A stretch of DNA of 64,000 nucleotides from Geosiphon pyriformis uo1 (lineage: Eukaryota; Fungi; Glomeromycota). The position numbers and the translations under genes were made by a program. Below are positions 13,323-25,900 of this stretch, piece by piece. Below the pieces are notes generated by a model, which worked only from the letters and a program-made list of their open reading frames with translations, was not told the DNA's origin and did no database searches. The first letter of the stretch is position 1; every line of letters starts with the position of its first letter. The DNA lies in the NCBI GenBank assembly GCA_016748015.1, contig JAAOMT010000718.1, forward strand, positions 558,001 through 622,000. Direction: 5' to 3'.

Positions 13323-13466
13323 GTCAATGATCAAGTCAATGACTAGGTCAATAATCAAGTCAATAATCAGGTCAATGATCAAGTCATTGATCAGATCATT
13401 GATCAGGTCAATAATCAGGTCAATAATTAGGTCAATGGTCAGATCATTGATCAGGTCAATAATTAC
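13323..13466. repeat. 12-bp tandem array x12 in 5' LTR of A
   Basis: Same unit as 4561-4656 with different copy number. Confidence 0.9.
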
Positions 13467-13535
13467 TTACTAAAAATAGAGTGGCTAATACATGTGATAA
13501 TTAATAAGAAGTATAAGTTTCAACCATAACAATAT

Positions 13536-14783
13536 TACTAAAAAATTTAATAAATTTTATGTATATCTTAATTCAAACCAAATTAATTTTTAAATACAGT
13601 TATTTAATTAAATAATATACTTTGTACATATTTTACAAAACCAATTAAAGTTTATGATTTTTCTCTAAAGCATTTTTTATAATAAAACCAATAGTAAAAA
13701 TAAGTAATTGTGTTATAATATTTTTAAAAACAAAAAAATTGTCTTTATAAAAAACATTAAAAATATAAACCAATAATTTTTTTTAAGTAGTCTTAATTAA
13801 TACTATAGATTTAATATTAATAAAAATGTCTTTTTATTTATAAAGTTTAAGAATTATCAAAATTTAAGACTAAAAAACTAATTTATATAGCATTTATAAT
13901 TTTAAAAAATGTTTTATTATTAATATAGTCTAATAATAAATATTAATAATATTATACATCTTAAACAGAATTAAGAAAATTTTTTTTAGTCTATTTTTTT
14001 ATAATTTTGTTTATTTTTTTATAATTTTATTAGACTTTAAAACCAATTTATTTTTAACAATCAAATAATCTAAAACTATCTTGTAAAATAAATATTTTAA
14101 GATATTTCTAATAATATAATTTTTATTAATCTTAAAATTCTTTATTTTCTTGTTAATAACAGTTCTAATTTGTGTTTTTTTAGTTTTTTAAACTTGGCTA
14201 ACTTAAATGCATAATAAAATTTCCTAATTTTAGACAGAACAGATCCAATAATATTAAAACTAATGTTTAATTAAATAAATTTACAATACAAAAAACATTA
14301 TTATATTTTTTATACCAAGTTTTGAAAAACATTTTATTAGCTAAAAAATAAATAATTTTTTAAATAATATTTTATTTTATATTTATATTTAAAACTTTTT
14401 TGTAACAACAAATTTATTAGTATATATAACAGCAATAATAAATATAAAAATATTAAATCTATTTTATTTTGTTTTGTTAGCATTTTTAAAATTAAATTTT
14501 TAATACTTTCACTTTTGTTAATTATTACATTAATGAGATTTACAAAAACAAATACATTAATAACTTTTTTAATACTTTTAAAGTTCTTTTATGTGTAAAT
14601 TTTTATGGCCATATTTTTTATTAACAAGTTTACCAAATTTAAATTAAACCATTTTTTGAAATTAGCACATTTTTAGATTTATTTTCATTAAAATTGCTGC
14701 TTAAAATTACAAAAAAAGATTTATTAATAGCTTTAACAATTAATACATTAATTTTTCTAACTTAAATAAGACATATAATCATA
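13536..14783. repeat. AT-rich decayed tract
   Basis: Very low G+C, no ORFs; contiguous with 1-4147 before element A inserted. Confidence 0.5.
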
Positions 14784-15176
14784 ATAATATTTAGAATTTT
14801 GATCAAACCAAACCAATTTTTCAAAGTAAGTTTGGTTTGAATTTAGTATTAAATTTTTTTGACAAATCTGAGTTTAATTCAAATCTGGTTTAAAGTTTAC
14901 AAACTTGTTTAAATTTGATGAAATTAAAAAAAATATAACTTGTATTATTTGTTCATTAATTATTACTTTGTTTAATTACTATAATCAGTTAAAGATATAT
15001 ATAAAAACTATGTATAATAACTCTACTTTTAACTTTTTTTTTTTTATTTTTTTTTATTTTTTAACGAGTGAGGTCCAAACACTACCTAGTACAATACATC
15101 ATACAAGTGATTTAAACTAAGCATGAATCATGCTTTTTCTACACATGACCAGTCACTTAGACTAGTCAGGACAACA

Positions 15177-18100
15177 CTAGACACCTATATGCATTGAGAC
15201 CAAGTTACCTATACCTGAAAAGAATAAACTAGATTTACGACACTCAAAACTAATACCAAGTGCATCAGTGATACCCAACAATCTAACCACACTGGACGAG
15301 AGCACCGAAAGAAGACCAGAAACCGAGATAGGAATAGAGCTGTCACACGGGATCAAGCCACCTTTCTCCATAACAGCTCTGTGTTTCACACACACCAGCC
15401 AAATATCATCACAGAATGCAAGACAGAATTTGTGAACAAATGCCACAATATTTTGAGCTGCTGTTTTAGAGTTCTTGAAAACAGAAAAAAATTCACGATA
15501 TTACTCATTGAAAACAAAGCTCTTACTTATAGCCATACTAACAACAGCATTGGAAGCACAATCAGAAAGTGACTGTGAAACACATGAAGTCGAGCAAGAC
15601 AAACCCGAGTGCATTTCCCAAACAGATGCATGAGCGTTCATCAACTGAGCATGATCACCAGCATCGAAAGGGCAAGAAAAAACATGATCTGAAATCTCAA
15701 CATCACCACAAAACAAACACATCACACTGGGGTACCCCTTACTGTACAGTTGCTTATGCATAGCAACAGGAAGATGATGATGCAATGCTTTCATAAAATA
15801 TGTCCGAGAACTAGCAGTATGAGTACTAGTGAAACCAGCGGCCAAATGAGAGTTCGGATGCCACACCGAACATGATCTGGACCAATCAACATCAGCATGC
15901 AGGCTGTCCACCAAAACCTGAGAACCAGAACTAACCTCCCAATGTGCACGGTAAATAGAGTGGAAAACACCACAAACAAAATGTCTAGAATTACCAGAAA
16001 CCACAGCACCACCAGCCCTGAGAAAATGTTCATCGATCCTGTGAGGAAGATGCACACCAGAAGACACAGCAGCCCTAGCCAAAGTGTCAGCATGCTTATT
16101 GCCCAAGACCCCAGAGTGACTTCTAACTTTAATCCAATTAACATCCAAATTCTTGCAATGAATGACATTAGAAATATGGCAGCGTTTGACTCAACACTGA
16201 TTTCTGAAATCTGGACAACCCAACATTAACTCTGACTTACAAGCATTCAATGCAGCCTGGCTGTCCGAAAACAGATTGACCGAACGAGAAGGAGGAACAC
16301 ACTTGAGAGCCAAAGCAATGGCCTGTAACTCCGCCATGGTAGAAGAAACCAAACCAAAAACTTTTACACCCAAACCCAAATCAATGTCCCCAAAAAAAAC
16401 AGCGGCGCCAGCCTTCATACCAAGAGTACCCAGCCCACACAGAGAACTATCTGTAAACAAAGAAAGGCAATTGGAATCAACCTTCAACAAATGATTGCAG
16501 ACAACATCAAACTCACAAGACTTAAGGACATCAGACGAGGCAACATTCAGTGGCAAAAGAGAAAAAATGGGAAAAGACCCGGAACCAGACAAAAAGCGAA
16601 CAGCAACATTGAACCAATCAGGAACTGGGCCCCGAGAGTTCAGTCTCTTCCACCACTTGAAAATCCTCCATTCAAAAACAAAACCAGTTCAATTGTGAAA
16701 CTGCTTAATGAAGACAATTCCATATCGCCGAAGCAAAGAGACACATTTATAAAAAGCTGGCTCACCAAGAACAATAGACATTGGGGTCCCTTTTTGAAAA
16801 CGAAAAGCTTTGGTCATGAGACCATCCAGAGAAAGGTTACAACCCAAAAAAATTCGGACGACACCAGCCAAAAAATTATTCAAAAGACTGACACTAATAT
16901 GAGAAAGGAAAAGCAGGGAGTGGCAAGAGCGCCAGCTGAGAACTTGTAAGTCATGAGACCTATGTGTGAACAAGTGGCCCAAGATACCCACAGAATTAGC
17001 AAAGCAAACAACAGCAGCTAACTTGCTCTTTGCCTGGACCTGTTCAAAAAATTTCAACCCATACAAAGAAGGATGATGAACAACATCATTGGGAAAGTTA
17101 AGTGGCAGGCCAGATTTGGACTTCAAAACTTTACAAATCATAGTGTCCCATTTTGCATACACACTAATAGAAACAAAACTAAACTGAATCCTGTAGGCAA
17201 TAATGAGATGAAAAACCGTTGAGACCAAATACGAGAACTGCTTATCAGAGATAGCTTTTCTTAGAACAACGTTGATGAAGAACTGGACATTCAAGTGTGC
17301 CTTAGCCAAGCTAGGCTTAGACAAACCTTTAGTAGACAGAAAGATACCCAGGTATTGATGAGACTCTTCCCTTTTGGCTATCAAAATAGGCAAACCACTA
17401 ATCAACAAATGAGGATTAGAAACTCTGCAATTAATGGAAATGGTCACCATCTTGTCATTATTGATCGAGATATCATTGACTTGAAAGAAATCACTAGCAA
17501 CATTGAGAATATGTTGGGTGGCAGCCTGGCTGCTACCAATCCAAATCGTATCATTGACGAAAGCACCAGCTATGAGGAAAGAAGTCAAACCAGCCTGAGA
17601 TTCAGCGTGACCAGTGTTGGCAACAAAACAAGAGTCTAACTTGTATCCACATACACTTTCTTGTCTCTTGACTTCACACAAAAGAGGATCATAAAATATG
17701 CACCAGAGAAGAGGAGAAAACACCTCCTCTTGGTCCAAGCCATTAAGTACCTGATATCTATTGGTCAACCCAAAATCTGTCATAACTCTATTGACCTGAT
17801 CATTGTGAATGCTACCAAAAAACCAAATAAATTTGTCACACATCTTTATTCTAACCAAGCTTTTCCTCAGATGTTCTCAACCAACAGAGTCATAAGCCTT
17901 TCGCATGTTCTGCAAGACCAGCCACAGCTCTCAGTTTTTTTCTAAAGCATCTTCTATGACCGATCCAATAGCAAAAATAGGAGATTGCATCGTCATACCT
18001 TTTAAGACAGAAAAATTATCCCCTCTCAGAACATCAAAAACACTACAAGCCAAAGAAATCCTGTCCAAAAGCACTTTAGAAAGGACTTTGTGAGCCATCT

Positions 18101-19865
18101 CAATCAAAGCAATAGGATGGATATTCATAAAAACACTCTTCCACTTATATGGTTTGGAAATCATTGACACCCAAGTCTCCTTCCAAGGCCCAAGAACAGA
18201 TTCATGCTCCAAGCAAACATTCAAAAGCACTAAAAGCATATCCAGAACTGATTTGTCACAATGTTTCCACAACTCATTCGAAATACCAGAGAGACCAACT
18301 GCTTTTCCATCGGGCAGACTTGAAATGACACTAGACATCTTATTAAAATCAATTAGGCACATTACACCAGAAAAAGCATCATCAAAAACATACTCCAAAG
18401 ACTGGTATTGGTGACTCCAGATATCAGTAACATCAAAAAATACACCATGCTTCCTAGTCCAATCTTCCATGACTGCATCTACTTTGGCCTTAACCAAATC
18501 AGGCTCCAACACCAACTCATCATCAACAACCAGATGATCCAAAGTTACCTTGCGAAAAAGACATTCCAACACACTCCTAATAGTATAATCCTTGTCCAAT
18601 TCGAAACTTTCCATTCTTTTATCTATTGCCAACCTGATCTGAGATTCCCTAACCCACTCTGCTTTAGACATCTTGGAGAAGTGATAAGACTTTTTGACTT
18701 TGGACAAAACTGACCGAATAGCATCAAAGTGGGAACCTGACAGGAAGAGAGACCTCACCATAGAGGCATTGACTGAATCCACACCTTTCCATCTGTCAAG
18801 CAAGAATGTAAACTCTTCAGCAGAATCCAGATGAGATGCTTTAACTAACTTAGACACCAAGAGCTCTAGCCTGTGAAACTTGGATGATTCCTTGCTAAAA
18901 ATTTTATCAAAGTCCTTGAACCACTTCCTCTTAAAAACTGCCTCAGCAGACAGACACATCACTTTATAAAGAGCAACCTACATCGAATCCAAGTCCGAGT
19001 GGATCCTGGCTGCAAGAAAATTGTCATAAAACATATCAGCATTTGCCACAGTATCTTTCTCAAATTTGGCCCATTTAATATCATCTGTATTTTTACAATT
19101 GTACTTCCAGTAATCTTTATTTGCCTGCTTGCAGACAAAATTCAACTAGACATCTAGCAGACTGCCTAAATCCACCCACACTGAAACAGCCTGATGATTA
19201 GTATCAAAGTATTCCCCAACACTAACCACGTTGTGACTCACCACTGCATTAATTAGGTTTGAAGAAATGAGCACATAATCAATTGTCTTAGCAACGCCCC
19301 AAGAATTAGACCAAGTTGGCAATTTCCCACAGGAGTTTCCACCCAAGGCATTAACCAAACCCATGCCCAGGCATTTCCTAAAACTTGCACACTTATGAAA
19401 GCCATCTTCATTAAAATCACCACCAAGAATGATAAAAGAAGATTCATTGACAGCCTTTGCAATAAGAGAGTTGATGTCGCCAGCTTGAGAAAACCGAGCC
19501 ACCGAAGAGGCACCAGCGTACAGCCCCAAAATTGACACAGACAGTTTATTCCTGAAAAGCAACCTGATGGACAGGAGCTGACCAGGCACTTCTGAAATCT
19601 TACAAACATGTTGTGCCAAAGAAGAATCCATGACAATCACCACACCTGTACCAAGATAACCAGATTTCATACCAGAGGTAAACACCCATACACCATCAAA
19701 TTTGTTGACAATCCAGGGGCAAACCTTTCCCTTTAATTTTGATTCCGTGAAAATAGAAACTAAATTGTTCATATCCTTATGCCAACAAATGATATTGTCC
19801 TGTTTTGCAGGATTGTTCATTCCTCTTATATTACACATAGCCACTTTCCAAACCAGATTACTCAT
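15177..19865 (-). pseudogene. LINE ORF2: AP endonuclease, reverse transcriptase, RNase H, C-terminal Cys/His motif
   Basis: CNIRG..FTESK..GGDFN..TIDY..TNH (APE); HPIALIE, DMRKAYD, GLDQEEVFSP, AFVNDT (RT); FTDSS..AELQAI..SDSQAA..VRSHSG..N..AD (RNase H); CLFCG..DHVFSC; broken by stops and frameshifts. Confidence 0.93.
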
Positions 19866-19882
19866 TGGGAATAAGAAGATAC

Positions 19883-21736
19883 CTAAAACCCCGAACTAGC
19901 ACACAACTGATCAAACTTCCCCAGAATTGCACCAACAGAGGCATCGAGAGCTGCCAGCTTGGATTCTAAAGAACTCACCTTAGAGGTCAAAACCTTTGAA
20001 CTACTTGAACCCAAATCCGAACCAACAGAAAGAAGTGAAGATGTCACCACAGGAACAGTTGGAGTAGCATCCAAAATCATATCAATATTGGCAGCCACTG
20101 GGACAGCCAAAAAATCAGAAGAAGAAGAAGGGGGGGCCAAAGGCACTAAATTCACACCACTAAGTTTGCACACAATACGAGAAACCTGATCATGTAGAAG
20201 CCCCAAGGAATGTTCCAAAGATGCCAAACAAGCACTCAACAAATAATTGTCATTTGGAAGTAGAAAACTACCACCACTTAGACCAGGGACACCAAGAGAG
20301 AAGGCACTAGAATCAAAACCAGAACCAGAAGAGGAACCACCAGAAGAGGGAGCAAAAGACACCACTTGGGCCCATGACTTGCCACCAAAAGCAGTAGGGC
20401 GAAAGATAGAAACATTTTTCCTTGCATACAGTTTGGCCAGCTGGAGGCAATTGGCACCAGAGGCAGGCTTTTTAAATAAAGATAAAGGCACAAGAGACAA
20501 TACATTTGAAGCATCACACTCAAGAGCTGAATGACCAAGACACCCACATTTCCCACACCGAATCACATCAAATCTAGCCCATGAGAATTGAACACCACCA
20601 AAAATAGGCTTAGTGAAAAAAGCAGAATTCAGATTATTCTCAGATTTGAAGCCAACCACAGCACAACAAATCCTATTACCAGTGTTCAATGAACAATTAA
20701 TGATGCAAGTTTTGCCACCAGCCCTATCCAAAAGATTACTAAGATTATGCACCATTGTTCCCACTGGCAATGTAAACAGAAGTGCCCTAAAACGATTCCT
20801 AAAAGCCCAGATATCACGATCTTCCACGGCTTTGGCCACACACACTGAATCTTTTCTGATTAAAAATAACCATCTTGATGCTAACTGATCTGCTTGACTC
20901 GATTTGGCAAACTCTACTACAGTCTTCTGCCACATGCCAATTAACTGAATCTTGATTGACTTGATTTCTCCAAACTCAATGACTGCGGCGACAATTATTT
21001 CCTTTGGAGTATCCATGAGAATTTCTTTGATCACCATGGCTCGATCTGAACATACTCCTGATTTCATGAGATCAGTGTTTACAATGATCCCTTTTTCCCT
21101 GGCTAATGACATGGTCTTTTTCATGCTTTCCTCTGATGTGAAGGTAGATCTGATGATCTCTTCAAATTTTGAGGGGGTAGTGGTCCCCCCAAAACCATTG
21201 ACTGAAGAAAAAATTTTCCTAATTAGCCGGGTCTTTGCCGTTGCTGAATTACTCTCTACAGCTGAGAAATCAATATCCAATGCAAAGAATTTTTTGATTG
21301 ATACTTCTACAGGAGTTTTAATAATTTTTGGATCAATCCACTTTTTTTCCAGAGAGATAGGCAAGCAAGGAGGAAGCACAATTTCATCATCATCTATAGC
21401 AAAATTAGGAAAACCAAATAGAGAGCTGAACATTGTACCAGTATTAACACGTTTTGCTTTGGAAGTAGTGGCAGCCGAGCCTAGCGGAGATCTCTCACTT
21501 ATACCAGACATGCCAACATTCTTATTATTACCAGATATGCTATCCACATCAGAATACACACTATCACCAGGCCCAGATTTACTTAAAGAGATATCCTTCT
21601 CATCACCAGAGTGTTTAACATTCCCAAGAACCATCTTTTTTTTCTGAGCAAAAAAACCACCAGCAGGACCATGGAAAGCACCTTTGGGCACTTTTTTTTT
21701 GGACATATCACTGCTCGAAGCAGTCTTCAAATCCAC
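19883..21736 (-). CDS. LINE ORF1 (RRM-like domains, CCHC knuckle, C-terminal coiled coil)
   Basis: 617-codon open frame; CGKCGCLGHSALEC knuckle; homologous segments in the other three copies. Confidence 0.88.
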   Translation of the reverse strand: MDLKTASSSDMSKKKVPKGAFHGPAGGFFAQKKKMVLGNVKHSGDEKDISLSKSGPGDSVYSDVDSISGNNKNVGMSGISERSPLGSAATTSKAKRVNTGTMFSSLFGFPNFAIDDDEIVLPPCLPISLEKKWIDPKIIKTPVEVSIKKFFALDIDFSAVESNSATAKTRLIRKIFSSVNGFGGTTTPSKFEEIIRSTFTSEESMKKTMSLAREKGIIVNTDLMKSGVCSDRAMVIKEILMDTPKEIIVAAVIEFGEIKSIKIQLIGMWQKTVVEFAKSSQADQLASRWLFLIRKDSVCVAKAVEDRDIWAFRNRFRALLFTLPVGTMVHNLSNLLDRAGGKTCIINCSLNTGNRICCAVVGFKSENNLNSAFFTKPIFGGVQFSWARFDVIRCGKCGCLGHSALECDASNVLSLVPLSLFKKPASGANCLQLAKLYARKNVSIFRPTAFGGKSWAQVVSFAPSSGGSSSGSGFDSSAFSLGVPGLSGGSFLLPNDNYLLSACLASLEHSLGLLHDQVSRIVCKLSGVNLVPLAPPSSSSDFLAVPVAANIDMILDATPTVPVVTSSLLSVGSDLGSSSSKVLTSKVSSLESKLAALDASVGAILGKFDQLCASSGF

Positions 21737-22907
21737 GACAAAAGGATTATTTAAAGAAATGTTGAAAGATTTGACAAAAAAAAACAGAAAACTTCTTTTT
21801 CAGAAATATGCCTTTTTGAGGATTTTTAGGAAATAAAAGAGAAAGAAGTTTTTTAATTCCTTTTAACTTACCAAAATAAATTTATTGTTGATATTATTCA
21901 ATATTACTAAAAATTCAAAATTCAAAATAATAAAATTTGATAATTTAAATAGTTTAAATATTAATATATTTGGTAAACATAGTTTTCAGAATAAAATATA
22001 AGACTATTTTGATAAATTTGAATAAACAAAAGAAAAAAAAACAGCTAAATATATGGTCTCAAAATGTGTACATAAATTATTTTCTTGTAAAACTATAAGT
22101 ACTACCAAACTCTTATAATACTATTTAAAAATTTTTTACTGAACAGTATATGTTACAATAAAAAAATATTATAAGAAAAAGCAAAATGTTCAGTGTTTTT
22201 AATCATGAATGCAAAGACTATTAAAAGAAAAATTAAATAATAATATAATATAATATAATGTTTTTAATAGTCAAACTTAAATATGTTTATAAACTTTAAA
22301 CTGAACTTGAATTAAATTTGTTGTATATGTTTAGATTTGGTTTAAGTTTAATAATTTTAAGTTTGGTTTAAGTTTAAGTTCGAAATTTTGCCAAATTTTC
22401 TGTTTAAGTTCAGCTTAGTTTGATGATTTAATTAAACTTGAACCAAACCAGACTAAATATCAGAATCTTAATAATACCAATATACAGCTCTAAAATAACA
22501 ACTAAAAGCTTGCTTTTGAAAAGTAATTAAATTAAAAAAAATTTATTATTTATTTTAATAATTTTATATACATATTTTATTAAATAATTGTTTAAAATAA
22601 TAATAATACCAAAATCCAAATAATCAGAATTCAAATCAAAAGTATAAGTTTTAATATTATTAAACTTGTTTATGATTTAAGAACACATTTTTTTTTTGAT
22701 TTTGTTTTAATAATAATAAATATTATATTGTTTATTTTTTTGTATTATTTGATAATATTATTTTGTTTTACAAAATTATTTATTTTATGTATATTATATA
22801 TAATAATTTTTCAAATAAAATTAGTTATTAAAAAGAAAAAAAGAAAAATATATCATAAACAAGAGCTAAATTATCAAACTTAGTTATTAGACTTATAATA
22901 AATACAA

Positions 22908-25900
22908 ATAACTTTTTTTTTTCTATGTTTCAAATTTCTTAAAGAGCATTTTTTTTAAAAAAAAATTTTTATTTTTCTGTCTTTGTTTTTTTTGTTCTAT
23001 TATCTTCAACATTTTTTAAACAAGTAATCCTTTTGTAATAGACTTAATAGCTGCTTCTAATAGCAATATGTCTAAAAAAAATGCCCAAAGAAGCTTTTTA
23101 TAGACTTGTTGGAAGTTTTTTTTCTCAAAAAAAGAGAGTTTTTATAGACAATATTAAGCACTTTGGTAATAAAAAAGATATTTTCTTAGTTAAACTTGGT
23201 TCTGATGGAAGTATATACTTGGATATGAATAGTGAATTTGGTAATAGTAATAATAAAAATGTTTTAACAAATGTTGATAGTAGTTTTTTTTTTGGTTTAA
23301 CAATAATGACTTCTAAAGCAAAAAAGATTGTTAATAACTTGGAATATAACTTTCTTCTTAGTAAAATCGACTTTAATATAGATAAGAATGAATAACCTCT
23401 TTTTTTTTCTCTAATATATCTATAGAAAAAAAGTAAATAGATCCAAAAATAGTAAAAACTCAAATAAAAGTGATAGTAAAAAATTTTTTTGTATTAGACA
23501 TTAATTTTTTAGTTATAAAAAGAAAATTAGCAACAGCAAAAATTCAATTTATTAAAAAAATTTTCTTATTAATTAATGGTTTTAGAAGAATCACTATCTC
23601 TTTAAAATTTAAAAAGATTATTCAATCAATGTTTACATCTAAAAATAATATGAAAAAAGTCATATTATTGGCTGAAAATAAAAAAATTATTATAAACAAT
23701 AATATTAAGAGACAAGAAGTGTGCTTAGATTAGACTGTAATAATCAAAAAAATTCTCATAGATACATTAAAAAAAATGATTATTACAGCTTTTTTTGAGT
23801 TTGGTCAAATATTGTCAGTTTAATTACAATTAATTAAGCTGTAACAGAAGGCTATAATAGAATTTGCTAAATCAAGTTAAACTAATCAATTGGCAGCAAG
23901 GTGGTTATTTCTTATCAGAAAAAATTCATTGCATGTAACAAAGACTATAAGAGATTATGAAGTCTAAATGTTAAGAAATTAGTTTAAAGTGTTTATATTT
24001 ACTTTGTCTATAGAATAACTACTTAAAATTTTGGTATTCTTTTGGAAAGAGCTGGTAAAAAAACTTGTGTCATCAATTATTTACTCAAAACTGGCAATAG
24101 GGTTTATTGTACTGTAGTTGGCTTTAAATTAAGAGAAAAACTTAAATCTGTTTTTCATACAAAGCCAATTTTTGGTAGTATGAAATTTGTTTGAACTAGA
24201 ATGGATTTGGTTTAGTGTAAAAAATATAAAAAATTTGGTTATTCTGCTTTAAAATATAATACACCAAATGTATTTACTTTTAAGCTCTTAAAAATATTTA
24301 AAAGATCTACTTTGAATACAAATTGTTTTTAATTAACCAAGCTATATAAAAAAAAAAGTGTTTTTATCTTTTGTCTTGTTGTTTTTGGTGGCAAATTATG
24401 TGTACAGATAGTTTTACTTGCTTCTTTTTTTAATAATAATAGCTCCAGTTCTGGTTCTAAGTTGTTTCTTTTTAATACTTTTTATGTAAGAAAAGATTTT
24501 TTAGCTAATTTAAACAATTCTTTTATTAATGCTTATTTGGTTTTTTTAGAATGCTCTCTGAAGCTTTTAGCTGATCAGATTTCTGGTATTATGCAATAAT
24601 TAAGTGATATAGAACTAGTGTTTCTGATATCTAATTTTCAATCTTTGCTCTTAATAATTCTAGTACTAATATTATTAAAGTTAGATACTAATATGATTTT
24701 AAACAACTTTCAGTTGTCTTTTGTTTTTGTTTTTTTGGTGGTAAAGAATAAGACTTTAAATTTAGGATTAAGTAGTTTAAAAGTTCTTACCATCATAATA
24801 AGTGAATTGAAATTGAAATTAATAGTTCTCAAAGTTTTTGTTGACTCAATTTTAGAAAAGTTGGATCAGTTGTGTATAAACTCAGATTCTTTGGTATATC
24901 TTTTATCTTAATAAGCAAGTTTATTTGAAAAATAGCTACATGTAATATTAGGAGTATAAACAATTTGACAAAACAAAAGGATATTATTTGTTGGTATTTG
25001 AAATCTGGCAACATAATTTCTATTCTTACTAAAACTAAATTGAAATCTAATATTAAGCTATAGATTGAAAATAAGTTTAATGGCATTTGAATTTTTACAT
25101 CAGGCCTTGAAAAAAGTTTTTTTGGTGTTAAAGTGACTGTTATAATAAATTATTTTTTGGTTCAACATGTATTAAAAGTTGAAAAAATTCTTGTTAGAAT
25201 TATTTTAATTTAATTGTTGTTTAAAGACAAATTTTCAGTCACTGTTTTGGATCTGTATACTGGTACACCAGCCAAAATATGATTTAATTGGGTTTTTGAT
25301 GTCAATTTAATTATTTTTAATACAATTAATTCTAGTTCTTTTATAATTCTGAGTGGTAATTTTAATAAAGATAGTTCTAAAAAGTGTGTAAGTTTCAAAA
25401 AATATTTGGATATAGATTTAATTAACTTATTAAGTGGGCATTTTTGAGTTAAGTTAACTACTTAAAACAATTTCAAAAGAGTTGAAAAGATTATTGATTG
25501 CATTTTTGTAAGTGAAAGTTTGTCTTTAACAATTATTAAATGTAAAATTAGATTAATATTTAAGTTTTTTGATATTAATCATAAAGCAGTTGTGGTCTCT
25601 ATTAGATTAAAGAGCCTATTAAACATTTGTTTAAACAATATTTACAAACAGATTAATAGGAATTGGTGAAAGTTTTAAATTAAAAATGCAAATAAAACCA
25701 AATAAATACATTTTAAGGATTGTTCTTCTGTTATGTTATTGGCAGTAATAAGTGATTTTGTAAATACAAAAGAAGAGAGAAATTTGTATAAAATATGAGA
25801 GGTGTTAAAGTGTATTATGACTAATTTGGCCAATAAAATGTTCTCTGAATATTGGTTTTGTAATTTTAACTGCTTAAGAAACAAACAATTTTTAAGATTT

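Larger units (their letters stand above)
4148..13531 (-). mobile_element. Full-length degenerate Ty3/Gypsy LTR retrotransposon (element A)
   Basis: Paired LTRs (4148-4743; 12011-13531) with TGTTA..TAACA-type ends; ATAT 4-bp TSD (4144-4147, 13532-13535); PBS; gag-PR-RT-RH-IN order on minus strand. Confidence 0.95.
12011..13531 (-). repeat. 5' LTR of element A, interrupted by solo LTR B2
   Basis: TGTTATGGGTTGGAG...CAACCATAACA; colinear with 4148-4743 once B2 is removed, apart from a ~120-nt indel bounded by GTAT microhomology. Confidence 0.93.
15034..21853 (-). mobile_element. Full-length LINE (APE-RT-RNase H type), copy 1
   Basis: 5' UTR shared with three other copies, ORF1, ORF2, short 3' UTR, poly(A) tail (15034-15062); candidate TSD core CTTTTAACTT at 15026-15035 and 21860-21869. 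Confidence 0.95.
14792..22470. mobile_element. Non-autonomous hAT-type DNA transposon (~0.85 kb) split by LINE copy 1
   Basis: Decayed TIRs TAGAATTTTGAT / ATCAGAATCTTA (consensus about TAGGATTCTGAT); 8-bp TSD ATAATATT (14784-14791) / ATAATACC (22471-22478); subterminal AAACC/GGTTT short repeats at both ends. Confidence 0.72.

Noticed and set aside
20952-21647. 231-aa antisense ORF in LINE ORF1 and similar + strand ORFs across 15.3-21 kb
   Set aside because: Shadow frames of the LINE ORFs with no recognisable motifs.
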